A DNA stretch of 64,000 nucleotides from a virus, in UHGV virus genome UHGV-1366171; one strand, 5' to 3'. The notes beneath the pieces were generated by a model. That model was not told the DNA's origin and searched no databases. It saw only the letters and a list, made by a program, of their open reading frames with translations. The position numbers and the translations under genes are program-made. Below, piece by piece: positions 8,644-18,393 of the stretch. Each line of letters opens with the position of its first letter. Position 1 is the first letter of the stretch.

Positions 8644-10690
8644 ATCAATCTTATTAGAAAACTATAAATCCTTTTCCAGTTCACTTCCGGGAAGAAAAGA
8701 TTTTTCTTGTGAGTTTGGGAAAAGGACAAAGATTTCTGGGAGAAACCGAGAGGGGAAGTCAACAGTTAAAGATGCTTTTTTCGATGTTCTTACATCGAAG
8801 TTAGCGGATGGTTCACAACCGGATGCAAAAGTTCGGCCACATACAAAAGACGGAATTGACATTGATCGGGTTGATATTATCCGAGACCTGGAACTTGAAA
8901 TTGACGGAAAGCCGGTGACAGTTACAAAGAAAACGGCGCAAAAGTGGAGAAAGCCAAGAGGACAGTCGGAGGCAGTATTTGACGGAAACATCACTACATA
9001 CACCATTGATGGATTTGAAGCAAAACAGAAAGATTACCAGAAATGGCAGGAATCCATTGCGGATCCGGATATTTTGCTGATGTGTTCCAATGCCAGACCA
9101 TTCCTGAATATGGTGCAAAAATCTACAGCAGAAGCAAGAAAACTACTGGAATGGATTTCTGGATTTAAGATAGAAGATTTTGTTACTCAAAATCCAGAGT
9201 ACACGCACATTGAGAATATTACAAAAGGACACGCCATTGAGGATGTTCTGAAACAGTTAAGAAAAAATCTGACAGCGCAGAAGAAGGTGGCGGAAACCGT
9301 TAGGACACAACTTACCTATGAAAAGAACCGTGGCGCTTTCGGTGAGATTGAAATTTCAGATTTGGAACTTGCGATTGCGGATTTAAACCACCAGATTGAA
9401 GAACTGGACAAGCAGGAAGTAATTCTTGATGAGGCGATTAAGTCATATGATGAAAAGTCCAAAAACGTTCTGGATTTGAAGTTTGAACAGTCTGAAATCG
9501 TTCGTAAAGCGAATGAGGGAATTGTGGCGCAGAGAAAAGAGATTGAGGGTGATATTTTCTCTTTGAAGCAGGAGAAAAAGTCTGCGGAAAATGATTTACG
9601 TATGGCTGAAATGGATTTAAAACACGCTACAATGGCGATTGAAAGACATGAGACAGAACTTACGAGAATGCAGGAAGATTATTCAAGGCTATCTGTATAC
9701 GAATTTGATGATTCTGAAATCAAAATCATTGAAGGGGAAATTTTTGATGAAAATTCTCTTATTTGTCCGACTTGTGGACAGAAATTGCCTGAAGAACAAG
9801 CAGAAAAAATTAGAGCAGAATTTGAAGAGAAGAAAAAACTTCGGATAGAAGGAATAAAAAGTACAAAGCAAAATGCTTATGAAATCAGAGATAAGGAACT
9901 TGAAAATGTTATTGTAGCGGGAAATAGAGCTAGCACGAACCTAAATGGAGCCAAAGAAACAAAGGAAGAATCAGAGCAGAAGATTTCTAATTGCAAAAAG
10001 GCAATCGCTGATTTTGCTATGCAGATTCAGACAGAATCAAAGAAATTATCGGAAATCCCGGAATCGGTTGATTTATCTGACAATGTTGAGTATCAGAAAG
10101 TCACAGCAGAGATTGGAATGGCAGAGGAGGCTCTAAAACAAATGAACAACGGCTCCGAGGAAAGGTTTATTTTAAGAAATAAGCGTAACGGTCTTCTGAA
10201 CGAGATTTCCGACAAGAAATCCCTTATCAAGAAGCAGATTTCTGATGAGGTAGAAAAGGAATGCAGAGTTTCGGAGTTGGAAGAAAAGCTCAAAGCGGAA
10301 AATCAGAGAGTGGCCGATATTGAGAAAGATATTGATACCTTAAAGAATTTCTCCATTAAGAAGAATGAAGCGCTGGCGGCAGCCGTGAATCCGCATTTTA
10401 GACATTTTCAGTTTAACTTTCTTGAATTTACGCAGGAGGGGAATCCGGTTGAAACGCTTCGGCTTATGGTAGAAGGAACGGATTATTTTTCTGGCTTAAA
10501 CGGTGGCGATCAGCGACTTGTAGAATTGGATTTGTGCCGAGGCTTGCAGGAAATCAATAACTTGTGTCTGCCGATTTGGCTAGACGAAAGCAACACGATT
10601 GACCCGGAACGGATTCCGCAGGATTTGGAACAGCAGTTGATTTGTTTGGAAAGAGCGAATTGTAGTTTGAAAGTGGAGGTAATGGAGTAA
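8624..10690 (+). CDS. SbcC/Rad50-like SMC-family ATPase (AAA_23 N-terminus, long coiled coil, C-terminal DE signature)
   Basis: Start at ATGAAAACAGTA with RBS GGAGG. N-terminus KSILLENYKSF plus Walker A-like GRNREGKST; about 450 aa of heptad-rich coiled coil with a central CPTCGQ zinc hook-like motif; C-terminal LCLPIWLDESNTID resembles Walker B/D-loop. Confidence 0.6.
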   Translation: MKTVILKSILLENYKSFSSSLPGRKDFSCEFGKRTKISGRNREGKSTVKDAFFDVLTSKLADGSQPDAKVRPHTKDGIDIDRVDIIRDLELEIDGKPVTVTKKTAQKWRKPRGQSEAVFDGNITTYTIDGFEAKQKDYQKWQESIADPDILLMCSNARPFLNMVQKSTAEARKLLEWISGFKIEDFVTQNPEYTHIENITKGHAIEDVLKQLRKNLTAQKKVAETVRTQLTYEKNRGAFGEIEISDLELAIADLNHQIEELDKQEVILDEAIKSYDEKSKNVLDLKFEQSEIVRKANEGIVAQRKEIEGDIFSLKQEKKSAENDLRMAEMDLKHATMAIERHETELTRMQEDYSRLSVYEFDDSEIKIIEGEIFDENSLICPTCGQKLPEEQAEKIRAEFEEKKKLRIEGIKSTKQNAYEIRDKELENVIVAGNRASTNLNGAKETKEESEQKISNCKKAIADFAMQIQTESKKLSEIPESVDLSDNVEYQKVTAEIGMAEEALKQMNNGSEERFILRNKRNGLLNEISDKKSLIKKQISDEVEKECRVSELEEKLKAENQRVADIEKDIDTLKNFSIKKNEALAAAVNPHFRHFQFNFLEFTQEGNPVETLRLMVEGTDYFSGLNGGDQRLVELDLCRGLQEINNLCLPIWLDESNTIDPERIPQDLEQQLICLERANCSLKVEVME

Positions 10691-10870
10691 TGCAGGGAAT
10701 GGAAACATTAACAAAGAAAGACCTGATAGATTTTGTAAATGAAAAGTTTTCAGATAAGCGAGACAATGACCCAGTGGCTACTTTCTTCTATTGCTCATAT
10801 GGTCATGAGGCTATACAGCAGCAGTGTATTTTGTTCAGAGAGCCAGTAGAAAACAAATAAGGAGAAAATT

Positions 10871-11113
10871 ATGAGAGTTTGGATTACCAAATATGCGCTG
10901 ACAACAGGGATTTTTGAAATGGAAGTTGAATCACAATCAGAAGACGGAACTGGAGTGTATGGGAAAGCGTGGAGTGACTGCTATCATGGCGAAGGAAAAG
11001 AATGGCACAGAACAAAAGAAGCTGCCCTCGTTAGAGCTGAGAAAATGCGCCAGAAGAAAATCGCCAGTTTGAAAAAGCAGATTGAGAAGTTAGAAAGGAT
11101 GAAGTTTGAGTGA
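10871..11113 (+). CDS. Hypothetical protein; paralogue of 21153-21410
   Basis: 80 aa. N-terminus MRVWITKYALTTGI and C-terminus EKMRQKKIASLKKQIEKLERMKFE are nearly identical to the ORF at 21153; the middle differs. Confidence 0.4.
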   Translation: MRVWITKYALTTGIFEMEVESQSEDGTGVYGKAWSDCYHGEGKEWHRTKEAALVRAEKMRQKKIASLKKQIEKLERMKFE

Positions 11114-11333
11114 TGGGACAGTTTGACGGACTTATCTGAATTTTACTCGAAAAAACAGTATAACTTTCTAATGACATATGACAGTTATTGCTCTGAAATG
11201 GCAAAAAAATCTATGTAGAACAAGAAAAGGGTAGATATGGATTGTCGAGAAATTGAGGGCAGAATATCAAAAATAAGAAAGCGAGGAAAAGTAATATGGC
11301 AAATTTAGAGTATCGCAGGACGCAGATTATGTA

Positions 11334-11516
11334 ATGGGACATTTAAGGTACGGCCATCGAGAAGGAATAATCAAAGCCGAATCGAAAGAGGATGCGTTGA
11401 ACAAATTGGAAAATGAGGGGTACACAGATCACCTTGACTTTGTTTTGGATGACTATTCCTGTGAAGATACGGAATATGGTGATAACGAATTTGAAATTGA
11501 AGAAGTGGAGGAATAG
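11334..11516 (+). CDS. Small acidic hypothetical protein
   Basis: 60 aa, Asp/Glu-rich. Confidence 0.3.
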   Translation: MGHLRYGHREGIIKAESKEDALNKLENEGYTDHLDFVLDDYSCEDTEYGDNEFEIEEVEE

Positions 11517-11519
11517 AAA

Positions 11520-12548
11520 ATGGCAGAGAACAAAAACACACAGGTAGTAGCACAGCAAAAACCGGTAAAAGTAGGTATCACAGGATATTTGAGCAATGAA
11601 AAAGTAAAAGAACAGATTGTGAATGTAGTGGGAGAAAAAAACGCTACACGCTTTATTTCTTCTGTCGTATCGGCGGTACAAACTAATGCAAACTTACAAA
11701 AATGTACAAATGCAAGTATCTTTTCGGCGGCGCTTTTAGGGGAATCATTGCAGCTTACACCAAGTCCGCAGTTGGGGCAATTTTATATGGTTCCGTATGA
11801 AAATAACAAAATGGTTACAGACCCCAAAACAGGACGCGAAACAAAAGTGAAAGTGAATGAAGCTCAATTTCAGATTGGATATAAAGGATATATCCAGCTT
11901 GCCATTAGAAGCGGACAATATCGAAAAATAGTTGTATCTGATGTAAAGGACGGAGAAGTTGGATTTTTTAATCCTATTACAGAAGAATTCGGAATGAACC
12001 CAGTTCTGGATATGGAAAAAAGACAAGAACTTCCGGTTGTTGGATATTATGGGATGTTTGAACTGACAAATGGTTTTCGGAAGGAACTGTATTGGCCGAA
12101 GGAGCAGATGGAAAAACATGCAAAGACATATTCAAAAGGATATGCAAGCGATTTAAGGAAAAATACATCTTATACATTCTGGACAAAAAATTTCGACGCT
12201 ATGGCGAAGAAAACTTTGATTCGCCAACTTATCAGTAAGTGGGGAATCATGAGTATTGAAATGCAGAGAGCGTATGAAGCCGATATGGGTGTTCTGGATG
12301 AAGATGGAACAGTTCGATACGTGGATAATGATTCAGATATTGTTGCAGAAGTTGAAGCAGAAATTAGCGAAAACTCCAACAAAGAAGAATTTGTAATTGA
12401 ATCCCCGGCCCAAATTGAGGAAAAGGCAGAACCGAAAACGGTTGCTGATGTAGTCGGACAGCAGAAGGGGAAAGAACCGGTTAAGGTGGAGAAGAAAGAG
12501 CAGAAGCAGGACATTCCGGCGTTTATGAAAATGAAAAATATGGAGTAG
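11520..12548 (+). CDS. recT: RecT-family ssDNA-annealing recombinase
   Basis: LQKCTNASIFSAALLGESLQLTPSPQLGQFYMVPYEN...EAQFQIGYKGYIQLAIRSGQYRKI matches the RecT core; RBS GGAGGAATAG. Confidence 0.8.
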   Translation: MAENKNTQVVAQQKPVKVGITGYLSNEKVKEQIVNVVGEKNATRFISSVVSAVQTNANLQKCTNASIFSAALLGESLQLTPSPQLGQFYMVPYENNKMVTDPKTGRETKVKVNEAQFQIGYKGYIQLAIRSGQYRKIVVSDVKDGEVGFFNPITEEFGMNPVLDMEKRQELPVVGYYGMFELTNGFRKELYWPKEQMEKHAKTYSKGYASDLRKNTSYTFWTKNFDAMAKKTLIRQLISKWGIMSIEMQRAYEADMGVLDEDGTVRYVDNDSDIVAEVEAEISENSNKEEFVIESPAQIEEKAEPKTVADVVGQQKGKEPVKVEKKEQKQDIPAFMKMKNME

Positions 12549-12551
12549 CGA

Positions 12552-12714
12552 TATGGAAATTTTAAAATTAGTTATTTTTATTTTATGGGCGATAGCGTTT
12601 ATTGCTTGGATAGTTAGCTTCGTTCTGAATCTAATTTACAAGGATAAAACAGAGATAATGTCTATATGCGTAATAATTATGCTTAGTTTGGCTTTGGTAA
12701 ATGTGATTATTTAA
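12552..12714 (+). CDS. Small hydrophobic membrane protein (53 aa, below the track cutoff)
   Basis: ATGGAAATTTTAAAATTAGTT... encodes MEILKLVIFILWAIAFIAWIVSFVLNLIYK..., two TM helices. Confidence 0.3.
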
Positions 12715-13058
12715 TATTTTCGGCGGCTGAAAGTTTGGAGTAAAGGAGAAAGGCAACAGATATTTGATAATCGACAGGTGCGGAGATAGTGAGCCTGAAG
12801 CGGTATCTTATGAACAAAGCCCGTAATTCACTCTACATACAGAAATAAATCACAGGTACGGCTTAAAGTACACCATTGATGTCAGGGATTTGTCGTGGGA
12901 AAAAGCAGAAATGCGCCCAACCCTATAATACGGTTTTATAGTAACCAAGGATTTTACGAATGGCTGTATGCAACTTAATTATATTTATGAAATGCTTCAA
13001 CTATCAAATAAATGTTGCCGAGTAACCGGAGTAGCCAATAAGTGAACGTGCTTTAGAT

Positions 13059-13334
13059 ATGGTTATGCCGGGATTTGAAAGGAGAAATATGTATACTGTA
13101 AGATTCAGAGCCACGCAACGAGATTTAAGAACCGACAGGATTATGAAGGCGGTGGCAAAAGTTGAAAATATTGGTTTTGCAGTGGTTATATCATTTAACA
13201 CAGAACAGGAACCGACATTGGAATATCTTAATAAGATGGCAAAGGAAATTGAAAATTTGCCGCCAGTAAATTGCAAGTATTTCAGCAATGTTAGACCCAT
13301 AACGGGAATGAGAAAAATAGTAGGAGGAAATTAG
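13059..13334 (+). CDS. Hypothetical protein
   Basis: 91 aa ORF with RBS-like GGAGAAAT before an internal ATG at 13089. Confidence 0.3.
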   Translation: MVMPGFERRNMYTVRFRATQRDLRTDRIMKAVAKVENIGFAVVISFNTEQEPTLEYLNKMAKEIENLPPVNCKYFSNVRPITGMRKIVGGN

Positions 13335-13336
13335 TA

Positions 13337-13609
13337 ATGGCGAGATACAGAAAGAAACCAGTTGTAATTGAAGCATTTCAATATGATGGAGATATGATAG
13401 ATTCTTTTGGTCAACCGTATGTTCCAGAATGGGCGATCACTGCAACGAATGATAACATCATGTATTATGATGGTCCTGAACTTTTTATCCGCACACTTGA
13501 GGGAGACCATCATGTGACGGTGGGAGATTATGTTATCAAGGGAGTGAACGGAGAACTCTATCCATGTAAACCCGATATTTTTGAAAAGACATATGAGTTG
13601 GTGGAGTAA
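13337..13609 (+). CDS. Hypothetical protein
   Basis: 90 aa ORF, RBS AGGAGGAAATTAGTA. Confidence 0.4.
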   Translation: MARYRKKPVVIEAFQYDGDMIDSFGQPYVPEWAITATNDNIMYYDGPELFIRTLEGDHHVTVGDYVIKGVNGELYPCKPDIFEKTYELVE

Positions 13610-13882
13610 TAGTAAAGAAAATCATAAAAATAGATTTATTTGATTTCTGGTATTCGGTAAATGTCAGAAGAAATTATGACAGTTGGGAGGATGATGAAGA
13701 GCGAAAAATTATGAATTATTAGACATCCCGGGAAGGGCAGAAGTGATAGATGAACAGGCAGTGGGCATGTTACTCTATCATATTTCAAAAGAAGTAGGAA
13801 GTCAGTGGATAGAAGGTCACATTGAGCATTATATCGGTTTGTACCGTAACATGAAAGACTGGCTGAATAGTGAGGTGAAAAT

Positions 13883-14410
13883 ATGAACGATTGGAATTAT
13901 GATATTGATTCTTGCCCACTTGATACAAAAGTAAGGTTATTATCCGCTGATAATTGTTTTTTGCTTCCGCAGATGGAGTTTGTCGGAACACTTACTGATA
14001 ATGGAAGATTTATAACAAGAGGAAAATGCTATGAAGGCGATCCGGATTATTTCTATAGGTCAGCTATTGTAGCATGGAAACCATATGAAGAATCGGTTGT
14101 TGGTAGAAAGATGACAAGAGAAGAAGCAAGAGCGCTGGAATTGACGTGTGAGAAACTTCTATTTGATGCCACAGGGGAAAACTGTAGTGTATCAATGGCT
14201 CTGTCAGGGCATTTAAGAATCCAATTCGGCGAGAATAACATGACAATTTCAAAGCATGATTTGTTCACTGTTGAATGGATGAATTACAACGGGGATTTTA
14301 CGGTTTTGCTTGATGAGATTGATGTTATCCAGAAAACAATACAAGAAAATAACAAATTGTTCAAAAGGCTTATGTGGTCTTATGAGCATATAAGGGAGTT
14401 GGGAGAATGA
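13883..14410 (+). CDS. Hypothetical protein
   Basis: 175 aa ORF, ATGA overlap with an upstream mini-ORF. Confidence 0.4.
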   Translation: MNDWNYDIDSCPLDTKVRLLSADNCFLLPQMEFVGTLTDNGRFITRGKCYEGDPDYFYRSAIVAWKPYEESVVGRKMTREEARALELTCEKLLFDATGENCSVSMALSGHLRIQFGENNMTISKHDLFTVEWMNYNGDFTVLLDEIDVIQKTIQENNKLFKRLMWSYEHIRELGE

Positions 14411-14796
14411 TCGGCACAATCGAACAAATGATTAAGGATATGGAACATGGTGTTTATGACTTCACAAAAGACGGGAAGTGCAGTCAGTGTGGACAATGCT
14501 GTTCAAACTTTCTTCCTATGTCAGAAAAGGGATTAAAGGAAATTAAGCGGTACGTCAAGAAACATCATATTAAACCACAGAAACATTTAATGCCAACGGT
14601 TGAGCCTACCATTGACATGACCTGTCCTCTGCGGAATGACGCAGAACGGAAATGTATGGCTTATGAAGTAAGGCCGCAGATTTGTAGAAGTTTTCTGTGT
14701 TCTAATCCTAGAAATGGTATATGGGCGACGAAGCGGGAGTTCCATGCGAGGTATCGTGTAGTAGATTTGAGAAAGGAAATTTGGGAGGAATCATAA
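14407..14796 (+). CDS. CxxCxxCC-motif putative zinc/iron-binding protein (YkgJ/UPF0153-like)
   Basis: KCSQCGQCCSNFLP ... CPLRNDAERKCMAYEVRPQICRSFLC matches the Fe-S/Zn cluster domain pattern. Confidence 0.5.
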   Translation: MIGTIEQMIKDMEHGVYDFTKDGKCSQCGQCCSNFLPMSEKGLKEIKRYVKKHHIKPQKHLMPTVEPTIDMTCPLRNDAERKCMAYEVRPQICRSFLCSNPRNGIWATKREFHARYRVVDLRKEIWEES

Positions 14797-15107
14797 TGGA
14801 CGCTGTAAGAGCGGATGTAGAGAAGTTGGTAGAAAAGGAACTGAAATCAGCAAATCAGAAATTTCCGATGTTCCGGTCAGACCATGAGGGTGCAGCGGTG
14901 ATTTTTGAGGAAATTGAAGAATGCAAACAGGAGATGGAAAACTTAGAAATACAGTTTGAAGCCTTGTGGAGTCGTGTTAAATCTGACAATAAGATGTCCG
15001 TAATTATATCGGGCAGATTAAAACTCATGGCTATCAATCTTGCCTGTGAAGTAATCCAAGTAGCAGCTATGTCGCAGAAGTTCATCGACAGCCAGAAAGA
15101 GAGATGA
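14796..15107 (+). CDS. Hypothetical protein
   Basis: Start at ATGGACGCT with RBS GGAGGAATCATA (the track ORF begins earlier at 14721, in the overlap). Confidence 0.4.
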   Translation: MDAVRADVEKLVEKELKSANQKFPMFRSDHEGAAVIFEEIEECKQEMENLEIQFEALWSRVKSDNKMSVIISGRLKLMAINLACEVIQVAAMSQKFIDSQKER

Positions 15108-15127
15108 GGGAATCATGAATAAGAGAA

Positions 15128-15427
15128 ATGGACTACCGGGAGCGGATGCTGCGGACGTTTTTAATAGGGAGGACTGAAATGCAGAAACTAGGGAGGAAGA
15201 TTACTTTAAAAGAACAGGAAGATTTTTATGTTGCACTTATGGGTGAAGATGTATGCTGCAATGGTGATAATAATCAATCAACAATAGAAGAACTAGACGA
15301 AGCAATAGATGACTGCATTGCGATGTTACAATATTCCATCGACGTTAATAACAAAGATGAAATTTTCTTTTGGAGAAAGCTTCTCCAGGGAAATAAGGTG
15401 CAGAGGAGGATGTTGTTGAACGCTTAA
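15128..15427 (+). CDS. Hypothetical protein
   Basis: 99 aa ORF. Confidence 0.3.
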   Translation: MDYRERMLRTFLIGRTEMQKLGRKITLKEQEDFYVALMGEDVCCNGDNNQSTIEELDEAIDDCIAMLQYSIDVNNKDEIFFWRKLLQGNKVQRRMLLNA

Positions 15428-15537
15428 ACGTATTGTGATGGCGAGCGGCGAACAATGTAATACCAAAGCCTTTGCGGGTTGGATGCAACCTAATGGTAGT
15501 CAAGAGGTAACGGATATGTGTATCAACACAATCCGGT

Positions 15538-16296
15538 ATGCACTATTCATTAAGTTGGTCTGGTGGAAAAGATAGTACAGCAAGCATCATTTTGGCACAC
15601 GAACATCAAGAACCCCTGGATTCTATCATTTTCGTAGAGGTTATGTACGATCTCAAGAATGGAATCAGTGGGGAAAATCCAAATCACATTAAATTTATTC
15701 GGGAAAAGGCAAAACCTTTGTTTGAAAGTTGGGGATATAGAGTTGAAATTTTAAGAGCGACAAGAGATTTTTTAGATTTTTTCAGCAGAGTCATAGAAAA
15801 GCCACGGAAACATATGGATCACAAAGGGAAAAAATTTGGATTTCCAACATATGGGAGATGCGGAGTAAAAAGAGATCTAAAACTGAAACCTATGGATGAT
15901 TTTTATAAAACTATAGACGATGAAATTATTCAATATGTTGGTATATGTGCTGATGAAAGAAGAAGACTCGATTCCCTTCACAAACAAAATAATCGAATTT
16001 CTCTTTTAGAAAAATACAATATTACAGAAAAAATGGCAAAAGAAAAATGCGAAGAATATGAACTGTTAAGCCCAGTATACAGTTATTCGAAAAGGGGCGG
16101 TTGTTGGTTTTGTCCAAACGCTAAATTAGCAGAGCATAGAGAAATAAAGAGGATATTCCCGGATGTGTGGGAGCAATTTATAGGGTTAGAGAATGTACCT
16201 AATGTAGCTAACAATAAGTTCAATGTATTTGGTAAAAGTCTATATGAAATTAATAGAGAGTTAGAAAGTGAGGAGGTGAAATTATGCAGGAATTAG
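15538..16296 (+). CDS. Phosphoadenosine-phosphosulfate (PAPS) reductase-family PP-loop protein
   Basis: N-terminal SLSWSGGKDST is the SGGxDS PP-loop; C-terminal CWFCP motif; common phage DNA-modification/anti-restriction accessory. Confidence 0.75.
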   Translation: MHYSLSWSGGKDSTASIILAHEHQEPLDSIIFVEVMYDLKNGISGENPNHIKFIREKAKPLFESWGYRVEILRATRDFLDFFSRVIEKPRKHMDHKGKKFGFPTYGRCGVKRDLKLKPMDDFYKTIDDEIIQYVGICADERRRLDSLHKQNNRISLLEKYNITEKMAKEKCEEYELLSPVYSYSKRGGCWFCPNAKLAEHREIKRIFPDVWEQFIGLENVPNVANNKFNVFGKSLYEINRELESEEVKLCRN

Positions 16297-16667
16297 AGAA
16301 GATTTTGGAAGAGATAGATAAGGAAATTGCAAAGGAACGTGTAATATGCGAAGACTTGGAAGATACACCTGGATGGAGGTTGTACGAAAAAACGATGAAT
16401 AGAGCAAAAGACATCATCCGCAAGCACATGAATGGCGGCTGGATACCGTGCGAGAAGAGGATGCCGGATAAGGAGGAATATTGTGGCGGGGACAGCAGGG
16501 GAATCCCGTGGCTTAAACGTTTAGAAATTGCATATATGACAGATACCGTGGAATACATACACGGATGTTATGATGGTTGCAAATGGTTTGATAAAAGATA
16601 TGGAAAAATTGAAAATGTCATAGCGTGGAAAATCCATGAGCCATACCACCCGGAAAGGAGAAGATAG
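16284..16667 (+). CDS. Hypothetical protein
   Basis: 127 aa ORF with overlapping start. Confidence 0.35.
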   Translation: MQELEKILEEIDKEIAKERVICEDLEDTPGWRLYEKTMNRAKDIIRKHMNGGWIPCEKRMPDKEEYCGGDSRGIPWLKRLEIAYMTDTVEYIHGCYDGCKWFDKRYGKIENVIAWKIHEPYHPERRR

Positions 16668-16670
16668 AGC

Positions 16671-16934
16671 ATGAGACTGATTGACGCAGACAAGATAGAT
16701 TTTAAAAAGGTGTTTGGTGGTAATTCAGAATTTGCAAGAGACATAATAGACGGAGCAAAAAGTTTAATCGACAGTCAACCGACAGCATTTGACAAGAAAA
16801 AGGTGATTGAGGAATTAAAAAGTCTAGCAGAGGATTCCAGAAAATATTGGAATGAATTTGATGATGAAGACGCTTTCGGAGAAATGAACGCATACACAAG
16901 AGCGATTGAGATTGTCGAGAAAGGTGGTATTTAA
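16671..16934 (+). CDS. Hypothetical protein
   Basis: 87 aa ORF. Confidence 0.35.
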   Translation: MRLIDADKIDFKKVFGGNSEFARDIIDGAKSLIDSQPTAFDKKKVIEELKSLAEDSRKYWNEFDDEDAFGEMNAYTRAIEIVEKGGI

Positions 16935-16936
16935 GC

Positions 16937-17149
16937 ATGGGAGAAATCAAATTAAAGCCGTGTCCGTTTTGTGGAGGCGAGGCATTTATACATGAGATTT
17001 GTGAGGATTTTTTGGACGTTGGTTGGAAAATGAGAGGATTTGCGGGGAGTTGTAAAAAATGTCATGCAACAACCGAATACAATCAAGATAGAAATATAGC
17101 TATTCGAGCATGGAATAAACGAGCAGGAGAGGACGGTGTAGAGGAATGA
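16937..17149 (+). CDS. Lar-family restriction-alleviation protein (zinc ribbon)
   Basis: LKPCPFCGGEAF...CKKCHATTEY...AIRAWNKRA fits the Lar family pattern (CPFCGG ... AWN.RA). Confidence 0.6.
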   Translation: MGEIKLKPCPFCGGEAFIHEICEDFLDVGWKMRGFAGSCKKCHATTEYNQDRNIAIRAWNKRAGEDGVEE

Positions 17150-17406
17150 AATACCCGGAAGAAATGTATTTAGACGCAGGGCTGTATGATGGCGACATGG
17201 ATTGTGATGTGGAACACCGCAAAGAAAAAATAGTGAAATGTAGGAAAGAACATAAATGTTCTGTGTGTCAAAGCACGATAAATAAAGGTGACAGGGCGTT
17301 ATATGAGAGCGGCTTTATGGATGGTGAGCCTGTTAGTAGTTATACATGCCTGAAATGTATAGAAAATTGGCTGGAAGAATCTGGTCAAGTGGAGGTAGAG
17401 GAATGA
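17146..17406 (+). CDS. Zinc-ribbon hypothetical protein
   Basis: CRKEHKCSVCQ ... CLKC; overlaps the next start in ATGA. Confidence 0.35.
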   Translation: MKYPEEMYLDAGLYDGDMDCDVEHRKEKIVKCRKEHKCSVCQSTINKGDRALYESGFMDGEPVSSYTCLKCIENWLEESGQVEVEE

Positions 17407-17900
17407 CAGAGAAAGATTGTATTCGTGATGTTATAGGGTATGAGGGACTGTATACAGTTAATGTTTTAGGCGAAATATATAGTGTAAAAAGTAAAAAGAA
17501 ATTGTCTCCATGCGTTAATAGATTTGGGTACATGAATGTGTGTCTATACAAGAATGGAAAACAAAAAACAGAAAAGGTTCATAGAATAGTTGCTAGCGCT
17601 TTCATACCCAATCCATTGAATAAAACACAGGTAAACCATATTGATGGAAATAAGAAAAATAATTGTGTATGGAATTTGGAATGGAATTATTGTTCGGAAA
17701 ATGCACGCCATGCATTTGCGGTAGGACTAAGAAATGGAGTCGGTGTAAGAATTGTAGAAACTGGACAGGAATTTTCAAGTATATCCGAATGTGCTAGGTC
17801 GATAAATGGAAGTGACGCAAATATAGGAAAATGTATTACGGGAGAAAGAGATACTCATAAAGGTTTTCACTTTGAAAGGATAGAAAATTATGGGAATTGA
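17403..17900 (+). CDS. HNH homing endonuclease (NUMOD4 + HNH_3)
   Basis: IGYEGLYTVNVLGEIYS (NUMOD4) and VNHIDGNKKNNCVWNLEW (HNH); start MTEKDC overlapping the upstream stop. Confidence 0.75.
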   Translation: MTEKDCIRDVIGYEGLYTVNVLGEIYSVKSKKKLSPCVNRFGYMNVCLYKNGKQKTEKVHRIVASAFIPNPLNKTQVNHIDGNKKNNCVWNLEWNYCSENARHAFAVGLRNGVGVRIVETGQEFSSISECARSINGSDANIGKCITGERDTHKGFHFERIENYGN

Positions 17901-18393
17901 TGAAGCAGTTGAAATTATCAAAAGTATGAGACCAGGTTGCGGCGAGAAGCCGACATACACAGAAGGGGAATTGTGCAAGGCATACGATATGGCAATCAAA
18001 GCCCTCGAAGAAATCCAGCAGTACCGGGAAATCGGAACGGTGGAAGAATGCCGGGAGGCTAGCGAGAAGCAGAAGTCGAAGAAAATGAGACTACTTAACG
18101 AAAAGGATGTAATAAAAGCGGTAGACAAGCACACAAATGAAGATAATACACTGAATGATGATATAAGCTGTATTCTCGAAGAAGTGCCGACTGCATATGA
18201 TGTGGAAGCAGTTTCCAAGGCGTTGAAAAACGAGATGGAATTTGTTGTAAGCGAATATCCAGTGTATGGGAAATATATTGAGAAAAATCGTGCGATTGAA
18301 ATTTTACATTCTGGTGTTATTCCGCAAAAGTCACAGGAAGGTCCAGACGGAAAACGTCTGAGGGAACGGGAAGAATTTTTCGAGGAGAGATAA
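17890..18393 (+). CDS. Hypothetical protein
   Basis: 167 aa ORF. Confidence 0.35.
   Translation: MGIDEAVEIIKSMRPGCGEKPTYTEGELCKAYDMAIKALEEIQQYREIGTVEECREASEKQKSKKMRLLNEKDVIKAVDKHTNEDNTLNDDISCILEEVPTAYDVEAVSKALKNEMEFVVSEYPVYGKYIEKNRAIEILHSGVIPQKSQEGPDGKRLREREEFFEER

Noticed and set aside
16665-16673. In-frame TAG between 16284-16667 and 16671-16934 as a possible recoded stop
   Set aside because: The downstream ORF has its own ATG one codon after the stop and a plausible RBS. No conserved domain spans the junction, unlike the two TAA cases.
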